This document shows positions 1 to 13,132 of a stretch of 64,000 nucleotides of DNA, piece by piece. The notes under the pieces were generated by a model, which did no database searches, was not told the origin of the DNA, and saw only the letters and a program-made list of their open reading frames with translations. How positions within the stretch are numbered: the first letter of the stretch is position 1; each line of letters begins with the position of its first letter. A program made the position numbers and the translations under genes. This stretch comes from Antedon mediterranea. Its lineage: Eukaryota > Animalia > Echinodermata. The stretch is taken from NCBI RefSeq assembly GCF_964355755.1, contig NC_092676.1:4937888-5001887 (forward strand), given 5' to 3'.

Positions 1-7
1 AGTCTTT

Positions 8-181
8 AGCTCTATCTACACTATAAAACTGGTTTGACAAAAAAAAGTGATATGCCCAAATATGATAGTGATATGCCCAAATATGGTGGTGATATGCCCA
101 AATATGGTAGTGATATGACATCATCGTGTCCATATATGGGCACATCACATTTTTTGTCACATAAAGTTTGATAGTGTAGCT
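8..181. mobile_element. MITE family A copy (PIF/Harbinger-Tourist-like)
   Basis: TIR AGCTCTGTCTACACTATCAAACT, internal 21-bp repeats GCCCAAATATGGTAGTGATAT; right end eroded. Confidence 0.75.
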
Positions 182-634
182 TTCAGACGAGGGTGGATTT
201 GAATGAAACTACTTTTTCCTGAAGTGCCCTTTTTTAAGAGATCAGCAAGAAGTGAGGCCTCACTAGCCTAGTATGATGACGATGACGATTTGTAGAAAAA
301 AACTCAGGCCATAGGATTTACTAGTTCTTAAATGTACAGTCTATTACCAGAAAAAAATCTGTTGCTACATAGTTGCACTGGGAGTAGGTGGAGTTGTAGG
401 CCCAATAACAAAAAAAAAGTAACAGATTAAACAGATATTAAACTTATTATAGAAGAGAACTTTTCTTTTTTATTGGATCAACAAAAAAGAAAAATTCTCT
501 TATATAATATTAGGATCCAAATTACATTATTTCTAGATTTTTAATAAACTTATTTGTGATTCAGGAGGATCCACTATACAGTATACAAACTAAAGAGGTA
601 TAATGAAGTGTCCAAAATGTAACCAACAACTTAC

Positions 635-3600
635 CTCTGATTGAAAGGTCAGCATCACTTTCTTTACATCTTCTGATTTTTCATCTTCATCGAGCAGTTT
701 CCCTTTGCAGGCTAATTGTAAAAATCCGCCATCATCAATAGCCTAAAAAGGTGGAAGTGTCTTATTATTCCAAATGAAGATGAAATTCTAAATTATTCTA
801 TAATCCAGTTGAATGCAGGATAAATTTAGAGCTGTATTTCTAATGGAGCTGTAGCTTGGTGGTTAACATGCTTGCATTCCAATCCCAAGGTCCAGGGTTC
901 AATCCTGACCTAGTGCCAGGGTTGTAACTAATGAATCTTTCAACTCCATTCCCTAAGCCTCAAATGAGACTTAATTTATAAGCATCCATCCTGTAATTGG
1001 CTAGTTTGAGCTCGCTGTTGGATGCGTATGAAATAAAAAATAGAAAAAACAACTGCACCACAAGTTCTTGGTCTTTTAGTAAAGTCTGCTTTATGCCACC
1101 AATGCAGTCTTCCATCGATGCCTTAGGTGTGTCAATCATGTCAGTGGAGTAACAGTCTTTCTTAAACTTCTTCACCGCCTCTGTAAAGCCCTCCGTAAGC
1201 TGCCCTGTCAGACGGATTGCTCCGTTACACTCGCTAAACAAATCGTCCAACTATGAAAACAACAAACAACATTCCAGATTTAGACAATCAAAAAGGAAAA
1301 CATTTATTCTTTAAGCTCTGTCTACACTATCAAACTAGATTGACAAAAAAAGTGTGATGTGCTTAAATATGGTAGTGATAGACCCAAATATGGTAGTCAC
1401 ATCATCATGCCTCTATATGGGCACATCACATTTTGTTGTCACATTTTGTTTGATAGTGTAGACAGAGCTTTAGTCAGTCTTATTTCTTTAACCTTGAATT
1501 GTAAAGATTTAGGGTATGTTTAGATCCATGGAGTTATGCTTTCGTATCGCAAACAATGTTATATAAAGCGTCTTAACTCTATGGAGTTGTATGCATAACA
1601 CCCTATGTCTGAACAGGCCCTTAGACAATACTGAGATATGTAGCAGCTCTTTCAAAACAATCATACCTCTTTTATTCCAACAGTTTTCAGTGGGTGGAAC
1701 TCATTCTGTTCATCTTTTACATTTTTTTTCTGTTTCTTTCGTTTGATGTTGACAGCTTGCATTTTCTTTATTGCGCTGTCTTTAAGATTTCTTTCCAGTA
1801 AATGTCTGACCAAAGCTTGTATTGCGATATGAACACTTCCATCCGGATCCTTGGCTGACACGGCAACGCTATGACAAAATATAAACATCTTTAACTACGC
1901 AAGTGGAAGAGATGACCAGTGATTTGAAATTATTTGTAACATTACAAATACTATTCACACATGATCACGCTTTGTGTAATGATCATTTTAGATCTCATTG
2001 AGCATCATATGAGATCTCGCACACATGATGCTCAGTGAGATCACAAAATCTTTCATGGTCAGTGCAATCATACTAATAATAATTTATGTATTTGTAAAGC
2101 GCCAGTATCAACTAAACCGAAGTAAAAATCATCGGCGCTTGTATTAGATGTTAAAAAGATGTGTTTTGTAATATGAAGAGGGAGAGAATTCCAAAGAGAA
2201 GCAACAGAGAACCTTTGTCCATAGAATTTGGTGTTTATTCTAGGAACAATTAGGGAAATTTGCTACTAAACCATTTAGCACAAGCAAAGTTAAAGTCAAT
2301 AAACTCATTTAAAGTGGGGATTCTGGAAATTTGGCCTGACCACCAGATTAAGTTTTGCCCTTTTGTTAAAACAGAGAAAAATGAGCCAAGTACTCAAGAA
2401 ATGTCTTTTGGGCACAAAGTTTAAAAAAAGTGCATTATAGTATCAGTTTTATATTTTATAATTACAGAACTTAGTACTTAAATATTGTTATAAACGTTGA
2501 TCGGAGAAATGTCATAATATATTACAATTACCTGCCAACAAATCCATTCTGCTCAGCGATTTCCTGCAGAAACTGGATCTCTTCTGGTACAGGTTCCGTT
2601 TTATCAATCTGCTGATCTTCATACCTCCATACTTGTTTCTCTTCTTCTTCCTCCTCCTTCTGCTTCTTGTTCTCTTCAGATTCTGTTTCATTCTTGTCGT
2701 TTGATTGGCTTTCTTCATCCTCATTTTTTTCATTTCTTTCTACTTCTAACCTTTCTCGTTCCTCTACCTGCAGAAATTGTCAAGATATTTTAACCGCAAT
2801 GCAATCACAGCCTTAATTTGACCTCATCTCAGGAAAGGTCAACTAAACACCATTTGACAGTCTGTCAGTTTAAATATTTTAGTTTTTAAATAAATTTCAG
2901 AGTTTGTAAATAAATGTTATGAAGTGAAAGCAAATTAAAACCTAGGCTAAAATAAATTGCATTTTTCTACCTTGACCACCACCTTTGAAAAATGGAAACT
3001 TGTTTTTATAAAAAAACTTACAAAAGCAACCCTTTGGAGATAGTAAATAAAAAACAAACATACCAAGTCATACTTATTTCCAAGGAGAAGTACAGGAATG
3101 CTACTGGGATCGGCTTTAATGTATGAGACGTCCGCGTTGTTGGTACTATGGGTAATTGTAGAATGATTACAAACATCTTGCTTCCAGGTGCCAGCCAACT
3201 CAACACTCTCTCTATCTGAGGAATCGACTACAACTACAAAACAGTAGTATGAATATAAATGAACTTTGCATTGGTTTTAAAATAAAATTGTGATAAACAT
3301 ATTTTTTTTAATTTCAAGGGCGACTATCCGCATAAACCGACAAACCATATAAATACAAAATAGAAACAAAATTCAAAAATAACATTTATATAATTTAATT
3401 ATTATATCATCCGGAATGGGGAGGGGTAGATTACCTAATTTCTATCGTCTATTCTATATTTTAAATTGTTTTGGATTACAAAATAAATTTCCATATCAAT
3501 TTCAATCATTTAAAGATGTAATTTCCCCCTGAAAAAATTATTTTTGTTGTTGAATATGCTATTTTAATGTAATATAATAGTTATCAATTGAATTGAAACA

Positions 3601-5214
3601 AAATGTATTTACCTGAAAAAATGTAATTTAAAGCAAAAATACTTAAATTGTCTGTCAGACAATGGTTTTTGGTTAAAATTAACTGTTTCTTTGTATTTTT
3701 ATATTTGAAATAATAATCTAAATGGCCTATTTAAGGTCTGATGCTATTAATCTTCATTTTTCATGTTTTTGGAGGACAATACATTTTTAACAATTACAAA
3801 TCATCTTACTGATTGCGGCATCTACATCTTTGTAATAGCTTTTCCGTAAATCAACCTCTTCGGTTCCAGGCAGATCCCAGATGGTGACTGACACGACCGC
3901 ATGTTCAGGTACGTTCAACTTCTTGACTACATTCTCTGAAAGAAAAAGAAAAAATAATTAAAAAGAAATAGTGGAAAAATAGCATTTTTTCACCTTAATA
4001 AAGGTTTCAGTTTAAATTGGAAAGCAGACTTAAATGTACTGCTGTAGGTTCTTTAAAGCTCTGTTTACAATAACAAACTTTATGTGACAAAAAAATGTGA
4101 TGTGCATATTGACATGATGATAGTGGCACATCACACTTCATGTTGTCAAACTAGTTAGTGTAGACAGAGCTTTTGTGTATGTACTCTGAAAGCCTACACT
4201 GTAAAACTAGTTATGACAAACAAGTGTGGAGGGCCAAAATAATGGTAGTGATATGGGAGTGATATACCCAAATATGTTGTCAAACACTATCAAACTAGTT
4301 TGACAAAAAAGTATGGAGGGCCCAAATATAGTAGTGGTATGCTTAAATATGGGAGTGATATACCCAAATATGGTAGTGATATGACATCATGTCATGTCAT
4401 GGGCACATCACATTTTTTGTCCCATAAAGTTTGATAGTCTAGACAGAGCTTTAGACGCTAAAAACCATAGAGAGGGAAAACATGATTATGGCTATGGATT
4501 ATGGTTTTACTGTCTTAATGACTCTCTGTCGGAACAGACAGTAACTTACCGATACTAACAGTGGTCGTTGGCCGATAGCTGTAATCAAATTGATTTTTGA
4601 AGTAACGCATAAATATACTGGTTTTACCAACCTTTTCATCTCCTGAAGAATAAATAAATGAATGAATTCAAAAATATGAAAAAATTAATATAATAATATT
4701 AATTAAGGGGCAATTGGAAAAATGACAAAGCTATGTGTATCATATAAAGTGGCTGATATCAATTATTGAGATATAAGTAAAATAAGCATTATAAAGCATA
4801 AAAACAGCCAGAACAAATATGTAAACTGTATATGATTATGAATACTGATGTTATGAATAAATGATGTTGTATATGACGGTCATTTTTTAATTTATATTTA
4901 AAAACTCACCCACTAAAACAATCTTAAATGAAGGCACTTGATTGTTATGGTAACCTGCTAAGACCAGCACTAAAATGAAAATAAAAAACGTTAAATTAAA
5001 GTATGTCACTTGCTTATGTTAATTAACCTAGCCCTATCTATAGGCTAGGTCTAGCCTAGGCCCTAGTCAGTTTAGTAGGCTAGGGCCAGCCAGGCCTAGC
5101 CTAGTAATGTATTATTTGAATGAAGTTTTTAATATAACAGGCACAAACAACACAGAAAGAAAATAAGGAAAAAAATAGTTTACCGTCTTCGCCTCGGCTA
5201 CAACTGACACCCAT
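635..5214 (-). CDS. Atypical Rab-like small GTPase with N-terminal MGxxC motif and long C-terminal extension (3' end lies beyond the window)
   Basis: Phase-compatible GT-AG exons 5214-5184, 4969(or 4954)-4910, 4642-4550, 3935-3810, 3233-3064, 2767-2532, 1868-1667, 1250-1059, 742-635. Spliced protein: MGVSCSRGED...FKIVLVGDEKVGKTSIF (G1)...YRPTTT (G2)...IWDLPGTEE (G3)...LLGNKYDL (G4)...VSAKD (G5), followed by more than 150 aa of non-GTPase sequence. Confidence 0.85.
845..960 (+). mobile_element. tRNA-derived SINE head
   Basis: A-box TAGCTTGGTGG and B-box GGTTCAATCC with tRNA-like spacing, but no intact acceptor stem. Confidence 0.55.
1314..1469. mobile_element. MITE family A copy
   Basis: Full TIRs, TTA target duplication on both sides. 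Confidence 0.85.
4037..4450. mobile_element. Two adjacent MITE family A copies (4037-4151 and about 4170-4450)
   Basis: Same TIR and 21-bp internal repeat; the second copy has an internal restart. Confidence 0.75.
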
Positions 5215-5420
5215 TGTATAAACTAAATTGCAAAGGATTTGTCGAATTTCTTCAAACGTAGCTAGTCTAGGCCTGCCCCAACCCCTGGCTGCTGACACTC
5301 ACACACCAACACACTAGGCCACACGCCTTCTTCGGAGGATCTCTCTCTCCCTCTCCCGGTTTGGCTGGGCCTGGCCTTCTTTGACTTATGTTTATCCCGA
5401 ACACCCTCTGCTCAAAATTC
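5215..5420 (-). promoter_or_regulatory. GC-richer 5' UTR/promoter region of the Rab-like gene
   Basis: Local GC rise and purine-rich tracts on the minus strand next to the ATG; CTAGGC clusters mark the start of intron 1. Confidence 0.4.
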
Positions 5421-6610
5421 GGGAGGAGGGACAGGGTATGTTACACAGACCTCTTCAGTAAAAGCGTGCGTATACAGTTTTTCTATTTAATTATTTTAGC
5501 AATTTGTGGCCAAAATCTTGAAAACATGATTGTGTTGCTAGCAAACGTTGCTACGCGCGAACCTCATTTTTGTTATTGTGTATGGCGCCCTCTGTCATTT
5601 TACAGACACGAACGAAAAAGTGTGGATCACAGTGTGACGAGGCGGTATAGCCTTCGGCTATATAAAATCTTTGGTGGAAGTACAACTACAAGTGCTGCTT
5701 TTTGGTTGCATACTATTGTAAAATAAAACAGCAGCCAGCAAATGCCGCCCTCTATTACAATAGTTTATCACCCAACATTCACCCCTCTCCTGTGTGAAGT
5801 AAAGAAAACACGACTTGGGGATAATCAGAAGGCAGACCCATCACGTCATAAATGATCTTATGATATTATAATCAAAACGTAGGTTGTTTCCTTATTAAAA
5901 TTACTTTATTCACCTGGTGCAGACTCTATAATATTTGCCAAGTAAAAAAATCAGATTTTAGAGAAAAAACTGAAACAGTATTATCCTTATTATAGTTTTA
6001 TTAGCCTATCAAAATAAATTTGGGTTCATTCTACAAAATTAGAATAGATAAATGGACGTGAAGCATTATAATCAGACATCGACCAATCACAAGCGACAGT
6101 TAGAATAATTTATCGCGTCGTGATTGGTCCTTGGGTTAGAGTGAAAACCATCATCATCACCTGAGTATATTCATCTTTGTCATTTTTTGCGTTCCATACA
6201 CTGACATATAAATCTGTCCCACCAAGACGTTTTCTAATGGAATAATGCGTTTTCAGTTATAACATCGATAACAGGTGTACATTATGAATAATATGCTGTA
6301 ATAATAGCTAACTGAAATGTTAAAGTATCCCCAAGTCCTCTTCTGAACAATAAATGTCAGCGTAAAAGTTTTTGCGCACCTTAAGTTTTTACGATTAGGA
6401 CTATACTGAAAGTAAATCAATAAAATAACTAGGCCTACATGATTGATTGTCTATTTAAGCCTCGCGTGTATCACGCGAGTAATAAGCCTACGTGTGATAC
6501 ACATGCTCACACCCACCACACCCGTAAAACTACCAGAGAAATGATGTTGACATGATAATACCGTTCGTCATAAAAAGGGTTTTTTTTTGTTGTACCACGA
6601 TATTTTCTTA

Positions 6611-6845
6611 AGCTCTGTCTACATAATCAAACTAACTTTATGTGACAAAAAAATATGTGTCCATACTATGGATATGATGAGTTCATATCTCTACAATATT
6701 TTTGCATATCAGTATCATATTTAGGCATATCACTACCATATTTGGGTACATCACACTTTTTTTTTCACAAACTAGTTTGATAGTACATTCGTCATCCTTT
6801 CTACACTAAGTCAAATCAAACTAGTTTGATAGTGTAGACAGACCT
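6611..6845. mobile_element. MITE family A copy with rearranged right end
   Basis: TIRs with TTA flanks. The right end is interrupted by ATTCGTCATCCTTTCTAC...AGTCAA, which recurs downstream at about 6944. Confidence 0.75.
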
Positions 6846-7337
6846 TTAGAAACAAATTGTCTTGCGGGTCTCGTGTATAACACAGCTATTTGTACGGATT
6901 CTATTTTTTAACTGAGCTAATCAACCGTCATCTTTATCCATAAATTCGTCATCCTTTCTACTAGTCAAGTAATAAAATACAAAATAGGTTTTATTAAACA
7001 TAAAAGTAACACATTCGCGTACTAATTGATTTATACAACTTATATGCGACACATTGTATCCTGTCTTTAAACCGAAAGTATTTTCCGCGATCAGAATTTC
7101 CGCACTTAGTGTGCTCCGAGTTCGCTAATTACTCAGAAATTATTAATATACCGGAAAGCTACAACTATTTTTATTTATGACATGTTATTAAAAGTTCACC
7201 AGCCGTCATAGTTACATTTTATTGCCAGTGAAAGGCGGGTTTTTCATTTATTTGTTTGAATGCTTTTATATAGGCTATGATCAGATCAAATATTGAGAAT
7301 TTGTTTAGCCCATTATGTTAATACGCCTATATAATAT

Positions 7338-7511
7338 CTATGTTACTACAAGTATAAAGCTCTGTCTACGCTATCAAACTAGTTTGACTAAAAAGTTTGA
7401 TGTGCCAAAATATGGTAGTGATATGCTTAAATTTGGAGTGATATGACATCATCATGTCCATGGACACAAAACCATTTTTATCACATAAAGTTTGATAGTG
7501 TAGACAGATGT
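7338..7511. mobile_element. MITE family A copy
   Basis: TIR and internal repeat match. Confidence 0.75.
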
Positions 7512-8151
7512 TAAGGCCTTTCGTTAGAGATATGCGAATTTATCCATTGGTTCGTTTGGTGTAAAAATGCGCAACCAAACAGCAATATCTATCTATTTTC
7601 TTTAGCAATTCACGGAGTTCATTGTTTTGGTTTTAATTTTAAAATTACTGTTTACAGTATGTGACGTCTTTTAAATGCGTCACATGGTATTCAATTTCAA
7701 ACAAAGAATAACAATTTAACTGAGTGGTGGCGCCAGGATTTTTCCCGATCGAGGGCGGGCCGAAGTTCCCGACACGGGGGGTGGGGGAGTGAGCATGCGC
7801 GCGAACCTAGCATCCATTGGCTGGGGCCGTCTAGGGGGCCGGGCGGAGCCAGCCGCGGCACAGAGGCCTTGGGCCACCAGTGGGTGCAAATACCCGGTGG
7901 TCATGTTCTAGGTTTGAAAAATATTGCACACGGCGCGCGGCTGGTCGAAATCATACGAGACATTCGACAAGGAACCCGTCCTTATTGTATTGTTAGTTTG
8001 AATAATACGATAAAGGAAATCGTAGGCCTACCTTCATTATGTATTATTTCGCGCCTGCCTCTAAATGTCTTCCCGGTTTGGCAATTGATTTCCTTCCGCT
8101 TGAGTCTCCTAATATCTTATCTCATTGTCTCGTGCGTTTCTTAGAAGTTGC

Positions 8152-8625
8152 GCTTATCGAACCATTTTTTAATTTACCTTCTACGGAAGCAGATCTTTTT
8201 AAAGACATTATTGCCAAAACAATTCGGTTATAGTACGGTGTACTTACTTTTGATTTTAAAGTATATTACAGAATGGGGTACCGTATAATAACCAATCAAA
8301 AGTGACGAAGTACCCGTTTGTATTCTTATCGAACCATTTTTTCCGTCTTTAGAGGAAGAATGGTTTTTAAAGACATTTTGCCAAAACAATTTGATTATAA
8401 CGTACGCGTACTCACTTTCGATTTTAAAGTATATTACAGAATGGGGTACCGTATAATAGCCAATCAAAAGTGACGAAGTATCCGTTCTTATCGAACCATT
8501 TTCTTTTGTTTAAGTATATTAGAGGAAGATTGTTTTTTTAAAGAAATATATTATTGACATTATTTTGTTATATACGGTACTTACGGAATCGAATGTAATA
8601 TTACAGAAAGGGTATATAATAGTAG
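8152..8625. repeat. Degenerate tandem repeat, about 162-172 bp, 3 copies
   Basis: CTTATCGAACCATTTT recurs at 8153, 8325, 8487, each followed by a TATTACAGAA.GGG block. Confidence 0.8.
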
Positions 8626-10319
8626 GCCTATAACAAGTGTCAGAGTATCCGTTCGTAGGTAGTGATTACGTATATTACGCGTATATGGCGCGTATGATTT
8701 CGAAGCCGTGTCCTAGTGGGAACAGAGATTTGAATACATACTCATGTAGGCCTAGGCCCAGCCGTTCAGATGGATGGCAACCGGGACGGGGGAGATTTAA
8801 ACGGAGGCCAATTCCTGTTTTGCGTTTGTTCGATCTGGCCTAGGCCTAGAGTGACCAGTTTTATTGTGTTAATTGTGATCTTATATTGGGACAGGGGTGG
8901 TTGTACTTACCTCTAGGCTATACTGTATAAATACAGTAGGCCACGAGTATAGGCCTAATCCAAATTCGATATAAAACACACGTTTATTTAATAACAATAA
9001 TATGTTTAATGTTCATTCACATGTATTTCATTGTTATATAAAATATTTCAGGGATCTTACAGAGAAAAGTTTATTTTCCCTTTGAAAAAAGAAAATCATA
9101 AAATACAGTTTCATACAAGTTGAATAAAAAAAAAATAATATAAAACGAAAAATAGATAATTCGATCAACACACATTGATCTAATTATATTATTATATATA
9201 AGCTTTTTTTTGTATCTCCATTGAGATCCAGCCACTGATACTCACAGCATTGTCATTTATTCAGTAATTTGCCTTTGGATTTATACACATAATATATTAT
9301 CTATGTGCCATTTTAAGTGTTATTATTGAATAATAATATTTATACATAATAATATTGTCGATTTGGTACTTGTTGTTTTTACTTCCCGATACCTGTTCTA
9401 GAAGACGGGTTGACAAACTATAATTTCCTTTTAATAATAGTAATTTATGTAAAATGGTGTTTCCGCGTGGAATTATTAAAAACTGTTAATCCTGTTTTTT
9501 GGGGTTTCAGTGGCCTAAAGATTGACACAAAACATTGCCATATAATAACAATCCTTTCACTGATTATAACATAAGGCGTAGTTGTTCATAGAAAGTATGA
9601 TTCTGGTGTCAAGGATCGAAAATGTCATTTCCAAATGTCATAAACAAAATTATTACGTCATTATCTATGCCCAGTGTGTACGTGATGGACTTTGATTATA
9701 AGAATAAGGGAAAATCCCAATCATTAAAATGTTAATTCTTCGAAAAAAAATGTAAATCAAAAATAATATGACGTCGACTATGATTAATAAGTTTCCTTTT
9801 TCAAAAATAAAATTACGTAATTATGGGATTTTTTCGAAATATTAATCATTGTGATTTACAGTGATTTTTACAAACAAAAACATTATAAAATATATACAGT
9901 GATTATTTACAGTAATGATAATAATACAAATTAATTGTTTATATTGACTATTATTGGAAACAGAAGTTGCCAATACTAAAATACTGAATAATTTTATATT
10001 GATCTTCATTAATCTATAATGCATATTATACAAAGTTATATACCAATTGTTATAATCATTTACTACATTCGTTTACTGATGATGCTGAAAAATTACTTAT
10101 TCATTTTAAATTATAATGTATATCGAACATAATATTAATATTGTCTGCTTCAATATTTAACCCGACAATGCCGTTTTTTAAGCTTTGCTAAATGATTCTG
10201 TATTCGTGATTTCCATCTGATAATGGGATATCTCTGATAATAAAATTATTCCTAAACTGAAATTAACCTTCTTTGTCACAATTAAGGATTTTTATTAATT
10301 AATCTCCTTAACATATGTG

Positions 10320-11365
10320 GCTTTTGTTATTTGTTTGCTGTTTGTTTATTTGTTTGATTGCTGTTTGTTTGTCTATTTGTTGTTTGTTTATCTATTTGTT
10401 GTTTGTTTATTTGTTTGTTTGCCATTTGTTTATTTGTTTGTTTGTCTATTTGTTGATTGTCTATTTGTTGTTTGTTTGCTATTTGTTTGTCTATTATTTG
10501 TTTGTTTATTTGTTTGTTTGTCTATTTGTTGTTTGTTTATTTGCTGTTTGTTTGCTATTTGTTTGTCTATTATTTGTTTGTTTATTTGTTTGTTTGTCTA
10601 TTTGTTGTTTGTTTATTTGCTGTTTGTTTGTTGTTTGTTTGTCTATTATTTGTTTGTTTATTTGTTTGTTTGTCTATTTGTTGTTTTTTTTCTGTTTGTT
10701 TGTCTATTTGTTGTTTGTTTATTTGTTTGATTGTTGTTTGTTTGTCTATTTGTTGTTTGTTTGCAGTTTGTTTGTTTGTTGTTTGTTTGTCTATTTGTTG
10801 TTTGTTTACTTTTTTTGTATGTTTGTTGTTTGTTTTCTGTTTTGTTTTTGGCTATTTGTTTGCTGTTTGTTTATGGTTGTTTGTGTGTTTGCTGTTTGTT
10901 TGGCTGCTTGTTTGTTTGTTTGTCTGTTTGGTGTATGGCTGTTTGTTTTGCAGTTTGTTTGCTGTTTGTCTATTTGTTGTTTGTTGTTTGTTTTCTGTTT
11001 TGTTTATGGCTATTTATTTGCTGTTTGTTTATGGTTGTTTGTGTGTTTGCTGTTTTATTTGTCTATTTGTTCGCTGCTTGTTTGCTGTTTGTTTGTATGT
11101 TTGTTTGTTATATGTTTGTTGTTTTGTTTATTTGTTTGTTTGTATGTTTGTTTGTTGTTTGTTTGTCTGTTTGTTTATGGTTGTTTGTTTATTTGTTTGT
11201 CTGCTGTTTGTCTATTTGTTTGTTTATATGTTTGTTTGTTATTTGTTTGCTGTTGTGTTAATGGCTGTATTTTTTATTTGCTATTAGGTTTATGGCTGTT
11301 TATTTGCTTCTTGTTTTAAGGCTGTTTTTAGTTTCGTTTTGTTTATTGGTTTGTTCTTTGTTTTA
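10320..11365. repeat. Imperfect (TTTG)n-based microsatellite
   Basis: About 1 kb of TTTG/TTG/CTAT variants, almost no stop codons on the plus strand. Confidence 0.95.
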
Positions 11366-12460
11366 AATGAAGTCAAACTCATATGTCAATAAATATGATA
11401 CCTTTGTTTTGTATCATTTTATTATTTGTATTATCTTTAATTTCAAAATTCAATTGAAAAGTTTATCCACACCTATTTTCAATTTCATCGGATTTACACG
11501 GAAAAGAGAAATATTATCGCATTTTTTCAATAATAGACGGAAATTGTTGAATTTGTTATTAAGGAAATGTTGTATAAAAACCTTGCAAAAATGCACGAAA
11601 TTATGAATTTTACTTAATAAATCGCCACGCCATGTTCAAGGAAGTGTGAGGAGTGTTTGAGGAAATTCATCGCATTTCATAATTTTTTTTATATAAGTAT
11701 AAAGAAAATGAAAGAAAATATAAAATTTAAGTTATTGCGCAATTACAATATTGTAACAAACAATATGAATTGACTTCAAAATGATTTTCAAAAAAAAAAG
11801 GAAAAAAAAAACCTTTAAAATGAAATAAAGATAAACGTCACAAATGGCGGTTCGATGTGTTTGAAAATTAATATCTGCAGAAGAGGTTGGGACTCGTCCA
11901 GAAAAATACATTTCATATTTATCAATGAAAAAACAATTTTTTTTAAACAATTTTATTTCTACTACTTTGAATGTATTCTTGGGTGAATTCTTAAAACTAT
12001 TGGTAATCATTTTTGTTTCTCTTTTTTTTAAAGCTCTCTCTGTCTCTTTCTTCCTGACCACCACCTTCCGCGCGACTTCTCCACTCCCCCCCCCCCCTCT
12101 CCGGAAAAATCATGATAGGTTACATTATAATATCATGGGGGGGGGGGGAAATTACTGGTTTTACTGGTGTATTTTTTCCATGATTGTATATCAAATTACA
12201 CACCTGAGCGTATGTCTATCTTTGTCATGATTGGTTGATTAATGATCACATGTCGTGCATTATAATACAATTTTAACTCACTCAGCTTCAAAAAGAGATT
12301 CCAGTTATTTGTCATAATAGCTTATGTCAGGGATTTAAACTCATTTTTGTATAATTTATTTATTTTTTCTGTATTGACAGACTGGGAATATCAGTATCCA
12401 ACACAAACTGTCTAACACGAGTCACACGATATCAATAATAGACAATATTTTTGCTACTAA

Positions 12461-12601
12461 AGCTCTGTCTACACTATCAAACTTTATGTGATGTGTCCAT
12501 GGACACGATGATGTCATATCACTACCATATTTGGGCATATCACTACTATATTTAAGCACATCACACTTTTTGTCAAACTACTTTGATAGTGTAGACGAGC
12601 T
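12461..12601. mobile_element. MITE family A copy
   Basis: TIRs, TAA/TTA flanks. Confidence 0.8.
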
Positions 12602-13132
12602 TTAGGATTCTAAAAACAAATTCTGACAATAATGAAGAATTTTTTAATGAACATAAAAAGATATTATTATTAAAATGGTGTCATACATAGCGCGCAGTAA
12701 TCGGTTCCAGTTGTTTGTGTTATGAGTCTATTGAAAGTGTTAGTCGACCCCAATATGGACATCCCACCAAAAGATAATATAAGACCACTCTTCCTTTTTT
12801 CATAAAAATACCATTCCGGACGCCATTAAAAATAATACTTACTCATGTGACGTTTTATTATCACCTTTTAACGCTTGAACATGTACCAATGAAACAATTC
12901 AAGTAAGTGTTTCTATCTATAGAGATACTATTAACAATAGCGAAGTGAGGCGATCAGAATCGGTCGTAGACCTAGCTATTAAACACAAATATTATTAGTA
13001 GAAGAACACCATAAATCATGGCCAATTTGTTAAAATATTACAACAGCCTTCCTCTATTAGTTGAATAAAATGAATACTTTCTTGGTAAAAGTCTTAAATT
13101 ATATTTCACAAACAGAGATCGTGCATAGATAA

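Noticed and set aside
2512-2733. Protamine-like basic 73-aa ORF
   Set aside because: Alternative frame of the Glu-rich exon of the Rab-like gene; splice phases select the acidic frame.
10075-10092. CTGATGA...GAAA hammerhead-like core
   Set aside because: No room for stem II and no flanking stems.
10315-11319. 334-aa and overlapping hydrophobic ORFs (LFVC repeats)
   Set aside because: Translations of a (TTTG)n microsatellite, open in all three frames because the strand lacks stop codons.
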